This document shows, piece by piece, positions 53,034 to 64,000 of a DNA stretch of 64,000 nucleotides (positions are counted from its first letter, which is position 1; each line of letters begins with the position of its first letter). The stretch comes from Octopus sinensis (Eukaryota): positions 14,818,001-14,882,000 of the forward strand of contig NC_043000.1 of the NCBI RefSeq assembly GCF_006345805.1, read 5' to 3'. The notes under the pieces were generated by a model. The model saw nothing but the letters and a program-made list of their open reading frames with translations. It was not told the DNA's origin and searched no databases. The position numbers and the translations under genes were made by a program.

Positions 53034-55224
53034 TCTTGCCTTTGTATGGTTTCATTGTCACCTCTGACCGCTGTCTCTCTGTTATTATACATTAGCATAT
53101 TCGTTTGTTTGTTTGTTCGGTTGTTTGTCGGGCGGTTGCAACGCTGCGTTAGTTGTTTTCCGCCATCTTGTGCATGTCGGCTGCTTTCTAGAAATCAAAC
53201 ATAAGCACAGGGTAGTTCGTTAGCATTTACTTCGGACAGCATTTGTATCTATTAACATCACCACTATCATGGATTAGCTTCGATATCACCTTATTATCAA
53301 TCTTGTCGCTACTGTTACCACTATTCTCGTTATTATGGATGTTGCTATTGTGGTTTGTTTTGTTATTAGCAATGATCGTGTGAGCAGTGGTGTTGGTGTA
53401 AATTTTTGCCAGTATGTATATGAATTGTCGTTTCATTCTTATTCTTTTCTTTTCCCATCCTTTTTCTCTCTCCTGCCTCACACAATGTTGCGATTGTTTG
53501 CTAACTCAGTCTGCTTTAAGAAAAAAAAATATTAATGTCCGGTGTTTTTTTATTTTGCAAAAAAAAAGAAATTTAATGAATGACAACAAAATCAGTACAA
53601 ACAACAGTAACAATAATAGCAGCAACATTATGAAATGAGGGTTGGTGTTTCGATTTGCCTCAGCGGCCACGAAAGTCCTGCATCATGGTCACAGCAGATA
53701 AACAAGAAAAACAAAAACGAATGAGAGAGAAAATAGAAATGAAGAGACTAAGCTAACAAATGGAGATAAGGAGGCAGAAGCAAAGGTCAGCTTTGCTCAA
53801 ACAACCAACGCAGAATTAACTCAAAATACATCTAGCAAGGGAAGCCGACACGATATCGGAATATATCTTACTGCTGCGGCCGTTATTTGCACGTCATAAT
53901 CACGTGGAGGTGTTGGCAAGGCTGTCTTAATTAGTGTAGAATGGGTGTTGTTTGAACGCTGCGCAGTTAACATTAAGAAGGCTGACGATATAATTGATAG
54001 AAGGGTGGAGGGAAAAGCCTCCTCCCAAAGAAGATGAAGACTGTTATTTGGCTTTTGTTTCCTAAACCAATATTGTCTCAAACCACAGCTGACATTGCTT
54101 CTAGCGCCTGCTGGCCAAACTGCCTTAATTATATGTAGATATCATTCTTCGCTCTATATTTGACAATTTAAGAGAGAAGCCATATCGAATAGAAATCTAA
54201 AATCCTCGTAGTAGTTTATATAAAGGTACAGGGCGCTAGATAAAGATGATGAGGTAGCCAAGAAATAATGAACAAGTGTAGCAGCGCGCTTTTTTTCTTT
54301 TTTAACAAATTATCAAAAACATATAAAATGAAGATATGGATTCATTTTGATTAGTAGAAAACTAAAGCATTAAGAAACGATTTTCATGTAATTTTTACTC
54401 TCTCTCTCTTTCCTATATATGTGTGTGTGTGTATACATATCTTTCTGTACACGTACACACACTCATACGCACACACAATACATACATCACACATATATAC
54501 ATATATCCATGCCAGAAAAAGGCTTTTTCGTTCGTCCTCTGGTGTTTGTTTTTGTACATGTATTTAATTTTGCAGTCTTATTGTTACGTCTTGGTTGTGT
54601 TCGTACTCATTGTGCCCCGCGCTTGAAATTTTTATTTTAATTCTCTCGCAGGAAGGCTATTGGGATTAGTGTTCTGTTATGCCTTCGATACATGCCTACT
54701 CCTCTACGACAGCTGATGACGGGGTTTTGTCCTTGTGTAGCTCGTCCTGTATTTGTTTTCGTTCCGTTTTCTTGTTTTTTGTTTTTTTTGGCTTTTTCCG
54801 TTTCTACATTGTGATGTCCTGACCCGTATAATTATTTATATATGCATGTATATACATGTAGATGTAGGTACGTACATATATGTTTGTATGTATCATATAT
54901 TTTATTTATCTCCTATATATATATATATCTATATATATATATATATATACGCGGAGTAAACACATAATGTGAAACAAGGTGGAAAAAGAGTACTCAAATA
55001 CCAGTGGTAGAGTAATATGCTTTATTTAAAGCCCCGGAAAATTCAACAAAACCTGTTACTCTGAGTTTCACGTCCCCGTGAAACTCAGAGTAACAGGTTT
55101 TGTTGAATTTTCCGCTGCTTTAAATAAAGTATATATATATATACATAGTTACTTATTCATATGTTTATATGTGTGTTTATGTGTGTGTATGTATGTATGT
55201 ATGTATGTATGTATGTATGTATGT

Positions 55225-55890
55225 ATGTATGTCATTATTCAGTTTATTTCAAGATTTCTTGCCAATAGAGAAAGAACCGATTTCTAACCTAGATTCAAGG
55301 GTCCTTCATTGGAATTTCAACATCAACAACAGGGTATTTTTGCATGTATGTATGCATGCATGCATGTATGTTTGTGCAGATTTGTATGTGCTATGTATGT
55401 ATTCTCATGTATATAGCTGCATATCTAGACATGCTCATATATATTTAAATGATAAACTTCTGGAAAGTTTTACAGATTTTTACAGTTCCAGTGATTGTTT
55501 AGATCTGTAGTCTTCGAATTAGCTTTCTCCTTTCTGGTTTTGAGAAGCCTAATTTCTCAAGATTAGTATTTAGGCAGTGTGTTACATATCCCAGGGCCCC
55601 GATAATTACAGGTATAAACCTGAACTCGTAATCTGAATAGAGTAACTGCAGATTTCTCAATAGTTCAGCATAGGTGTTCTCTTTGTCACTGATCTTCAGT
55701 TTTATGTTAACATCTGCTGGGTATCTAATTTTCACAACTGTGCATAGTTTCTCTTCTCTATCCCAAATCAATATATCAGGTCTGTTGTGCTTACATTTTA
55801 TTGAGGTCTTCACTGGTACATTACACCACTATTGCTTTTTATTATGAGTCGCTATGGCTTCTACCATATTGTAAGTTCTTATTTCTAGAG
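55225..55890 (-). mobile_element. R4/Dong-like RLE-endonuclease LINE, 3' fragment with UTR and (CATA)n tail
   Basis: KHNRPDILIWDREEKLCTVV...FIPVIIGALG (PD-(D/E)xK endonuclease); the 3' UTR is also present at 4995-5250. Confidence 0.75.
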
Positions 55891-56055
55891 AAGTGTCCTG
55901 TCTATTTCTGTACCCCTGTCGATTTTCTTAGACCCCCACTATGTAGGCGATCAAAGATGACTCGGTCAGAGCGTGACAGTGGCTTTTCCCTTGCTCTTAT
56001 CATTGGTAGCAGTGGTAATGGTCGAAGGCGTGGCGGTGGTGCTGTTGCTTCTTTT

Positions 56056-56168
56056 TTTTCTTCTTCTTCTTCTTCTTCTTCTTCTTCTTCTTCTTCTTTT
56101 CTTCTTTTCTTCTTCTTCTTCTTCTTCTTCTTCTTCTTCTTCTCTTCTTCTTCTCTCCTTCTTCTTCT
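56056..56168. repeat. (TTC)n microsatellite
   Basis: Direct reading. Confidence 0.9.
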
Positions 56169-56469
56169 ACAGAGGATTCGCAATCTAGACTAGGGTCTGA
56201 AGGTTTACCACTCCATAGTGGATTACACCATGGTTCCTCTGCTTTGTGGCAAAAGTAGGAAGAAAAAGTGAGAGAAAGTTGTAGTGAAAGAGTACAGCGG
56301 GGTTCACCACCCCTCCCCGCCGGAGTTTCGTGGAGCTTAGTTGTTTTTGCCCAATAAACACTCACAATGCCTGGTATGGGAATCGAAACCGCGTTCTTAC
56401 GACCGCGAATCCACTGCCCCAACCACTGGGCCATTGCGCCTCTACTGGTGTTGCTGCTGGTGCTGCTGC

Positions 56470-56636
56470 TGTTGTTGTTGTTATTAAGCAACAAGATGGG
56501 TAAGGGTGATTAGATGATGGTCTAGGGCTTAGGGGCGGGAGACCCCAGACCTCTTCCTTGTCGCCCGACACCACTGGGATGTGGCCCTCGAAATCGCTGG
56601 AAATGGAGATCTCCAGGTTCAAATTCTTGAACGGCC
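56470..56636 (-). repeat. LINE-like 3' end with (CAA)n tail
   Basis: Shared with about 11960-12165. Confidence 0.45.
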
Positions 56637-58578
56637 TGCTGCTGGTGTTAGTGGTGGTGGCGGTGCTGGTGTTAGTGGTGGTGGCGTTGATGGTGGTGGT
56701 CATCGGCTTTTTCGCCGACGTCGTCATCGTCGTTGTCGTCATCGCCGTCGCCGTCGTCGTCGTCGTCGTCTTCTTTGTCATCACCGTTGTAGTGTGTCGT
56801 CATCGTCGTAGTGGACATATGTGCAAACATTCGAAACCTGTTATACAAGAGAGCTAACTTGTATGTTCTCTATTAGTATCCACCAGTATTGCAGGTTCAA
56901 CTATATGACGGTGTCTAATATATTTACTATCAGTGAGAAATAAACTGTAATAGACAAAATATTAAGACATTTCTATGAACATTCGTGGAGGCACATGGCC
57001 TAGTGGTTAGAGCAGCGGACTCGCGGTCGGGGGATCGCGGGTTCGAATCTCAGACCAGACGATGTGTGTGTTTATGAGCAAAACACCTAAGCTCCACACG
57101 GCTCCGGCAGAAGGTATGGCGAACTTCTGCTGACTCTTTCACCACAACTTTCTCTCACTCTTTCCTCCTGCATCTTGCAGCTCACCTTCGACGGACCGGC
57201 GCCCCGTCCAGGTGGGTAACCTATACGCCAAGGAAACTGGGAAACCGGCCCTATGAGCCATGCGTGGCTCAAGAAGGGACAAGCAACATGAACTTTCAGT
57301 TCACTTCCTCTTTCTGTTAAAATAAATATCCCATCATACCTGCAACAACATCTTGCAATATTACTAGGACAGTAAGACGGCCAGCTAGCAGAATCGTTAG
57401 CACCCGGGCAAAATGTTTAGCGGTATTTCGTCTGCCGCTACGTTCTGAGTTCAAATTCCGCCGAGGTCGACTTTGCCTTTCATCCTTTCGGGGTCGATAA
57501 AATAAGTACCAGCTCTGGGATCGATCTAATCAACTAGACTTCACCCGAAACTGCTGGCCTTGTGTCACAATTTTAAACCAATATTTGTCTAGGATAGTAG
57601 AATGGCAGGAATGATAAAGTAACGTACATCAAATTCTTCTTTTACATTCCGAGTTCAAATCCTGCTGCGGTCATCTCTTTTTTTCATCCTGCCGATATTG
57701 TGGCTATAAACACCAGTAATACAATGAGTTTGACTCGATAGTCATAGTTTTCTACAAAGGGTGTGTGGTAAGAACTTTACTTCTCAATCACATGGTTTCG
57801 GGTTCGGTCCCATTGCATTGCACCCTTGAGTAATTTTTTTCTTCTGTAACCCCGGGTAAATAAATGCACTATGTACGTGTGTATGTATGTATCTATGTAT
57901 CTATGTGTGTATGTGTCTTTGTGTTTGTGTAAGTCCACCGTTCGACAGCCGGTGTTGGTTTGTTTACATTACTGTGACGTAGCGTTTCGTCAAAAAAACG
58001 GTAGAAATAAGTACTAGATTTTATAAAATAAGTACTGAGGTCGAATTCGTCGACTAAAGCTCTTCAAGGCGGCTTCTCCAGCAGTGAAGGATAAAAGATA
58101 AATGTGTAATCTCGATTTCTCTTATAATCCCGTTTAATCCCTATTTCTAATCTACATGTGTACAACAGTATATTAGTCGTTTAATCGTCAAAACCCACAA
58201 CTGTGACATTTAACAAGTCATAAACCGTCTTGTCTGGCAACGAATCAGTTTTATTATATCTTACATAATACAGACATAAAGAACAGTTAGCAATTACCCT
58301 ATTTCACAACCTATGACTCTTCGATATCTAACAAAACAAAAAAAAAGACATCACAGGAGTCTCTATGTTGTCGTTCGATTCCCTAAATATGTCGGTTAAA
58401 TTTCCCTTAGATTACACTTTCAGTTTTAAAATTTGGCAAGATTGAATTGTACAGTCCTATTTATATCTATAAACATTTAAATAGTGAGGGAGATAAATTG
58501 AATATTAATTTAATTAATAAGAATTTAAAACCAGTAGTCTAGCATACAAAAATCTGAAAAATCAGAGAAAATTCTAAT

Positions 58579-58869
58579 ACATGTGTATATTTTAAGGGCT
58601 AAAAACCACTATGTGGACAGCCATATGCTAGAAATAGATCACCTACGATCAAACTACAAAGAAAGAATGTTCTCTAGAGAAAATTCAGCGGACACCAGAA
58701 CAATAGGCGGGCAAGACAGATGAAAATTATATAAAAATCAAGAATTAATCGCATACCGGTTTCGTCTATTAACGAATAAATCACTTACGTAATCCTTGAT
58801 CGTAGGTGATCTATTTCTAGCATATGGCTGTCCACATAGTGGTTTTTAGCCCTTAAAATAGACACATGT
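58579..58869. mobile_element. Penelope-like fold-back insertion
   Basis: 74-bp arms (58579-58652 / 58796-58869) with one mismatch; the spacer carries GAAACCGGUA on the minus strand. Confidence 0.65.
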
Positions 58870-59906
58870 ATATCTATAAATATGGCTTTTGTCGCGGCTG
58901 GAATACCTCTGTCATAAGATTGCTGAACCTTGAGTCTAAACAAAATTAGCAACATTAGATATCTTAAAACTTGGAATACTCCATTCAACTTCTTATAAGT
59001 ATATAAGATGCAATGGCGTAACTAGAGTGTGTGTCACCCGGGGTAGGCCTTCAGTTTTCCATTCTACTCGGGTCCCCGAGCCTATACAGGCTTCTATAGC
59101 AAACTCAAAATGCCGCTGCCATAAAAGCCTTGGGGCTAAACCTCCCCCTAGCCCGCTATTGATAAGATGGCGAAAACTTAATAAATAATTGCGTTGAAGT
59201 GTTATCTTTTCCTCGTCTTGATTATATTTTGCATATGGTAATATATTTCAAATATGAATAAATATAGTGATAAAATGATGGCTAAAATAAACCTTTCGAA
59301 ATATTATTTTGTAAGAAAACTATTTGGAAAAAAGTTATATGAATAATTTTTCCTGTCAATACTCTTAATAATTGAAAGAAAGGGGCGGCAAGAAAAAAAG
59401 ACAGAGTGAAAGAAAACTGAAAAAAGTGAAATGATAAACCGGAAGTGAAGTCATTTTGTTTTTACTCTTTGGTAACACAAAGAAGGAAGCACTAATGCTT
59501 CTTTCTGATTTTTTGTTTTTATTTTCTCCTTATTTTTGCGAGTTATTGAAATAAAAGTTCCTGACTGACTGACTGACTGGCTGATTGAATGAATGCAAAG
59601 AAAGAATGCTTTAAAAATCACATCATTGAAAGTGAGAAGAAAGAAAATAAAGTAACTAACAAATAAAAATGAAATAAAATAAGAAAAATAAGCATAGCAG
59701 GTGTGGGAAGCACAAAAGCTGTTTTGTTTATTTGTTTGTAGCTTGTATTTATTAGGGATTGAAAATTAAATAAAAGGTTATTGCTTCTAAAAAGAAAGTT
59801 AAAACATAAAGTATGATGTGATTAAGAGAAAAATATAGAATATCTGAGAAATTGCGAAGGCTGTGTCGATCCGCTTCTATATGATGCGTGCTTGGGAAAC
59901 ACTTAC

Positions 59907-60041
59907 AGTTACCGTGCGTGCAAATTATCGACTCAACGAATAAAGCTATCACGTTTTATTGAGAGTGATCGGCTGCAGTTGAAAGAGGCTGGGATTCGTC
60001 GAGTGAATTCGAGGATAAGCAGACGGTGTTGCAATGAATGC
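59907..60041 (-). other. Candidate non-coding 5' UTR exon of the minus-strand gene
   Basis: tttatcag|...|gtaagt flanking 135 nt of unique sequence with stops in all three frames. Confidence 0.3.
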
Positions 60042-60510
60042 CTGATAAATAAATGAATGAATAATAACCGAACAACAACTTGTAGCCATTACAGTAGCCA
60101 CTTTTTGATGAATGGGTGAACAGAACATAAAAATAACATGCCAGTGTCGAAAGAGGCAAAAGTGAGCTTCTGTGATGCCTAAAAGCTCTCTACCGATCAA
60201 AGTGAATAAGGTGAAGAGGGTTGAGGAGGAGATGGCTGGAAATGGGGGGGAGATGAGGGAAAGGGACAGAAAAGCTACAAATCGTGCGTATTTGCTTGTC
60301 GTTGTTTTCTCTCTCACACACGCATGCGTGCGCAACGTACACAAACTTTCTCTTAGATGCACTTAAATACATGCATACATATACGTATTTGGGTGCTTCC
60401 CATATTCTCCAGCCCACTCTTTCTCTCTCTCTCTCTCTCTCTCCGTCTCTGTCTCCCCGTCTCTCTCTCTCTCTTTCTCTCATCTTTATCTATCTATCTA
60501 TCTATCTATG

Positions 60511-60597
<87 letters not shown>

Positions 60598-60929
60598 GGT
60601 TGTCTGTCTGGTTGTCTGTCTGTCTGGTTGTCTGTCTGTCTGTCTTGCTCGATAATCTTTTCGATGCTCTTCCATACGATCCATATTCGTTCTTTATAGC
60701 GATACATACACAAACATACATTCATGCATTCATAGTCAAAGGTACTTACTGGTGCACACAGACATACAAACACACACATATACACGTATTATATGTCTGC
60801 GTTTATGTGTATGTATGTATGTATTTATACGCACATTTACATGCATACATATAAATATATACATATGTATATGCATGCATATGTATATATATATAAAATA
60901 TAAGTATGTTATACATATATATGCCTATG

Positions 60930-60992
<63 letters not shown>

Positions 60993-61933
60993 GATATTCT
61001 GAATGATAAATGGCAAGAAAAACCTCTCTATGGCAAATACTCAAAGAGAGCGAATAATGCAGATGTTAACAAAGCCCTGACCCATCAATGGCTAATGGCC
61101 TCTGGCTTAAAATCTGAAACAGAAGGGTTTATCATAGCAGCTCAAGATCAATGCCTACCAACAAGAAACTACCAGGCCAACATATTAAAGAACGGCAGTA
61201 GCCCAACATGTCGTGTATGTCAACAACAAAATGAAACCATTGATCATGTTGTCTCCAAGTGCAGTCTTCTAGCGCCTACAGAGTATTTCAACAGGCATGA
61301 TAGAGCTGCACAATATATTCACTGGGTAATTTGCAAAAACCTGGATTTGCCCCATGAACACAAACCACCTCCAGTACTTGAAAATGACCACATCTCACTC
61401 CTCTGGAACTTCACCATTCAAACTGATAGAAAGATAGATGCAAATAGGCCAGACATATTGAAAGACTTCAGACAAAGAACATGCCTCCTCATTGAAATAA
61501 CTGTCCTAATCGATATAAACGTATCTGTCAAGACCTACCAAAAACTGAGCAAATATAAAGATCTTGAAATAGAAATCAGCAAAATGTGGAAGCTGAAGAC
61601 TAAAACAATACCTGTTGTCATAGGTTCCCTGGGAATGATTGCTACCTAACTCAGATACCAGGAAACCCCAAAATGGCAGAAATTCAAAAGATAGTGCTCA
61701 TGGGAACTGCTCATATCCTACGCAAAATACTTTCTATGTAATCTCAAGGTTTAAAACAAACATAATTTTCGTCTTTTTTTCTTAGACATTCACTAGTACA
61801 GCACCAAAAAAAAAACAAATATATGGCACACTAGGCATAACAACAACATGAACTTCCAACCTGTTGTCTCTTGAGGTCCCTGGGTGAGACTTGGAGCCAA
61901 CTTGTACAAATACAAAGCAAAAATCAAACACAG
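60993..61933 (+). mobile_element. 5'-truncated Dong/R4-clade LINE inserted in (TAA)n
   Basis: CCHC knuckle CRVCQQQNETIDHVVSKC, RPDI...LIE...KLSKYKDL RLE endonuclease, IPVVIGSLG; (TAA)n on both flanks. Confidence 0.85.
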
Positions 61934-61976
61934 AATAATAATAATAATAATAATAATAATATTAATAATAATAATA

Positions 61977-62016
<40 letters not shown>

Positions 62017-62019
<3 letters not shown>

Positions 62020-62393
62020 GCCCTGATGCAGTACCAGACAGTGGTTCTCATGGCTTTTGATCTCAACTGATTGGAAGTGCTATCTTGTACGTTGTTTTGT
62101 CTTGGTATAAAAGATGGGCTACTGGCAAATATTTTGCTCAACACCACAGATTTGCTTGTCAGTTGTTTGACCTTAACCAGTTGACCAAGTCCCTTAGTGG
62201 CTGATGATATGTGCATCTCTGATCATGAGCAGGAGTAGTGGGGGAGTATCAAGCCATGTGCTGAGAGGAATTTTGGGATTTTCAATAATTCACCTCTGGA
62301 AACATGGGTATTTTGTTCATCATCCTTAAACAACACTTATTCAGAGACCTTTTGAGCGAGATGAGCTACTCAATCTGAAGAAAATTCTTACTG
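62017..62393 (+). mobile_element. Partial copy of the (TAA)n-associated non-coding element
   Basis: Clearly homologous to the reverse complement of about 12845-13214, starting in the Dong (TAA)n tail. Confidence 0.65.
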
Positions 62394-62860
62394 TAAAAGA
62401 GCGTAGGCTCGAAACGTAAAATACTTTTTCTATTCCTGAGCGTTATACTAATACATCTGTTTGTTTTGTACACCACCTGTCTACGTCTTTTGTTTTTTTT
62501 TCGTAAACACTCCCTCTATATATATATATAATAAAGGGTAAAATTAATTAATTAAATATTTTACCAAGTAGTTCGGTATGTTAAAAGAACCATTATCGGT
62601 AAACTTATCCTTAAAATTTTATAATTATGAGTATAATTATAATTAGGGTTCAGCAAAAATTTGCTTCACCACATACCGAAATTTAGAAATAGTTAAAACT
62701 AACTATTTCACTACTATTATTTATTATTATTTTCACTACAGTTATTTTCTGTTTATTTTCTTATTCCTTTCTGATGAAGAGCGTAGGCTCGAAACGTAAA
62801 AGACCTTTTCATTTTTCCCTGCCTTCGTCTTTAGTTTTTCTATAAATTTCAACTATATAT
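62394..62860 (+). mobile_element. Penelope-like element end with partial-tandem pseudo-LTR
   Basis: AGAGCGTAGGCTCGAAACGTAAAA occurs at about 62398 and 62778; a third copy is on the minus strand near 47110-47220. Confidence 0.6.
62767..62802 (+). ncRNA. Minimal type I hammerhead ribozyme motif
   Basis: CUUU-CUGAUGA(A)-GAGC gtag GCUC-GAAA-CGUA|AAAG: stem I CUUU/AAAG, stem II GAGC/GCUC, palindromic stem III ACGU, GUA cleavage triplet. Confidence 0.65.
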
Positions 62861-63182
62861 ATATAGTATGCCTACATACATATATGTATGTGTATACATA
62901 TATGTATGTGTATATATATATATATATATATATACATGTGTATATATATATATATATATGCATACACGTATGTATGATTACATGTATATACACATGTGCT
63001 TTTATATATATACATATGCCGAAGTATTCATAAACATGTGTCTATGTTTGTGTGTGTGTGTGCATACATATGCATGCCTACACATATACATACGCAAACA
63101 TACATAGATACATACATACGCTCGAATAGATTCTTCTTATTTACCTATAATAGACTGAAACTATCACCAAACATAACGACAC

Positions 63183-63183
<1 letters not shown>

Positions 63184-63215
<32 letters not shown>

Positions 63216-63220
63216 TAGTA

Positions 63221-63275
<55 letters not shown>

Positions 63276-63444
63276 AGTGTCGGCGGCGGCGGCAGCTGCA
63301 AGAGCAACAGTAGTAGTTGTTGTTGTAGTAGTAGTAGTAGTAGTGGTGGTGGTGGTGGTGGTGGTGGTGGTGGTAGTAGTAGTGGCGGCGGCGGCAGCAG
63401 CAGCAGCAGCAGTAGTAGTAGTTGTTGTTGTTGTTGTTGTTCTT

Positions 63445-63505
<61 letters not shown>

Positions 63506-63507
63506 CG
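63184..63507. repeat. Compound trinucleotide array (CAG/TAG/TGG/GCG/TTG)
   Basis: Direct reading. Confidence 0.9.
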
Positions 63508-63933
63508 TATTTCAGAAGCGAAAAAGCAGAAAAACGGAATGGCTGGCTCTGTGAAAAGAAAAAATTGAAGGTCGATGCCGAGAGGGCGTTGGCTCGGGGC
63601 CGGGGCCGGGATTGTTATTAGGGTTGGGGGTTTAGGGGAGGGGTGGGGGCTGGTTGGCTGCCCTCCTCTTCCTCCACACAAACCCCCCTGTCTCTATTGC
63701 ACTGTTTACACAACACCGATACTATATTTCTCGTCAATTTTCAATTATTAAAACGTCGTACTTCGGACAACTTCTTCTTCGCTTGTCTGTGTCGCTGATC
63801 AATGGACATAGCTTAGATTTTTCTTTCTAACCCTCTTCGCCATCTTCACCAAAAGGATTCGGCAGATTTCGAAGCATTGTATCTCGTATCGAACTTTCCC
63901 AAGCATAATGCGACACTTCTATCTCTCTCTCTC

Positions 63934-63988
<55 letters not shown>

Positions 63989-64000
63989 ACACACACACTC

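Noticed and set aside
63145-63681. Poly-Y/poly-V ORFs
   Set aside because: Trinucleotide array with no splice or start context.
63828-63873. Alternative start exon MLRNLPNPFGEDGEE+G (phase 1, minus strand)
   Set aside because: Weak donor GTTAGA; the 53003 candidate has stronger sites.

Overview
Repeat- and microsatellite-rich animal genomic DNA, most likely an octopod cephalopod (inferred from the tRNA-derived SINE families and composition), with one 100-N gap. Three protein-coding genes were reconstructed by hand from splice sites and reading frames; almost all ORFs in the supplied track are microsatellite or TE artefacts. (1) The 5' part of an IQCC-like IQ-motif gene on the minus strand (exons 2759-2836 and <1-527). 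(2) A complete 9-exon, 157-aa archease (ZBTB8OS-like, tRNA-ligase RtcB cofactor) gene on the plus strand (2917-22188), head-to-head with IQCC with only 80 bp between the ATGs. It has an 11-nt microexon followed by a canonical U12-type GT-AG intron, and an orphan duplicate of the U12 branch site plus exon 4 sits in intron 1. (3) An uncharacterised minus-strand single-pass membrane protein gene (30347-53033) with two phase-incompatible alternative N-terminal exons, each carrying two RVxF-type PP1-docking motifs. The rest is SINEs, non-autonomous Helitrons, piggyBac/pogo/Tc1-mariner MITEs, RTE and R4/Dong LINE fragments, Penelope-like elements with hammerhead-ribozyme motifs and long fold-backs, and a pre-miRNA-like hairpin.
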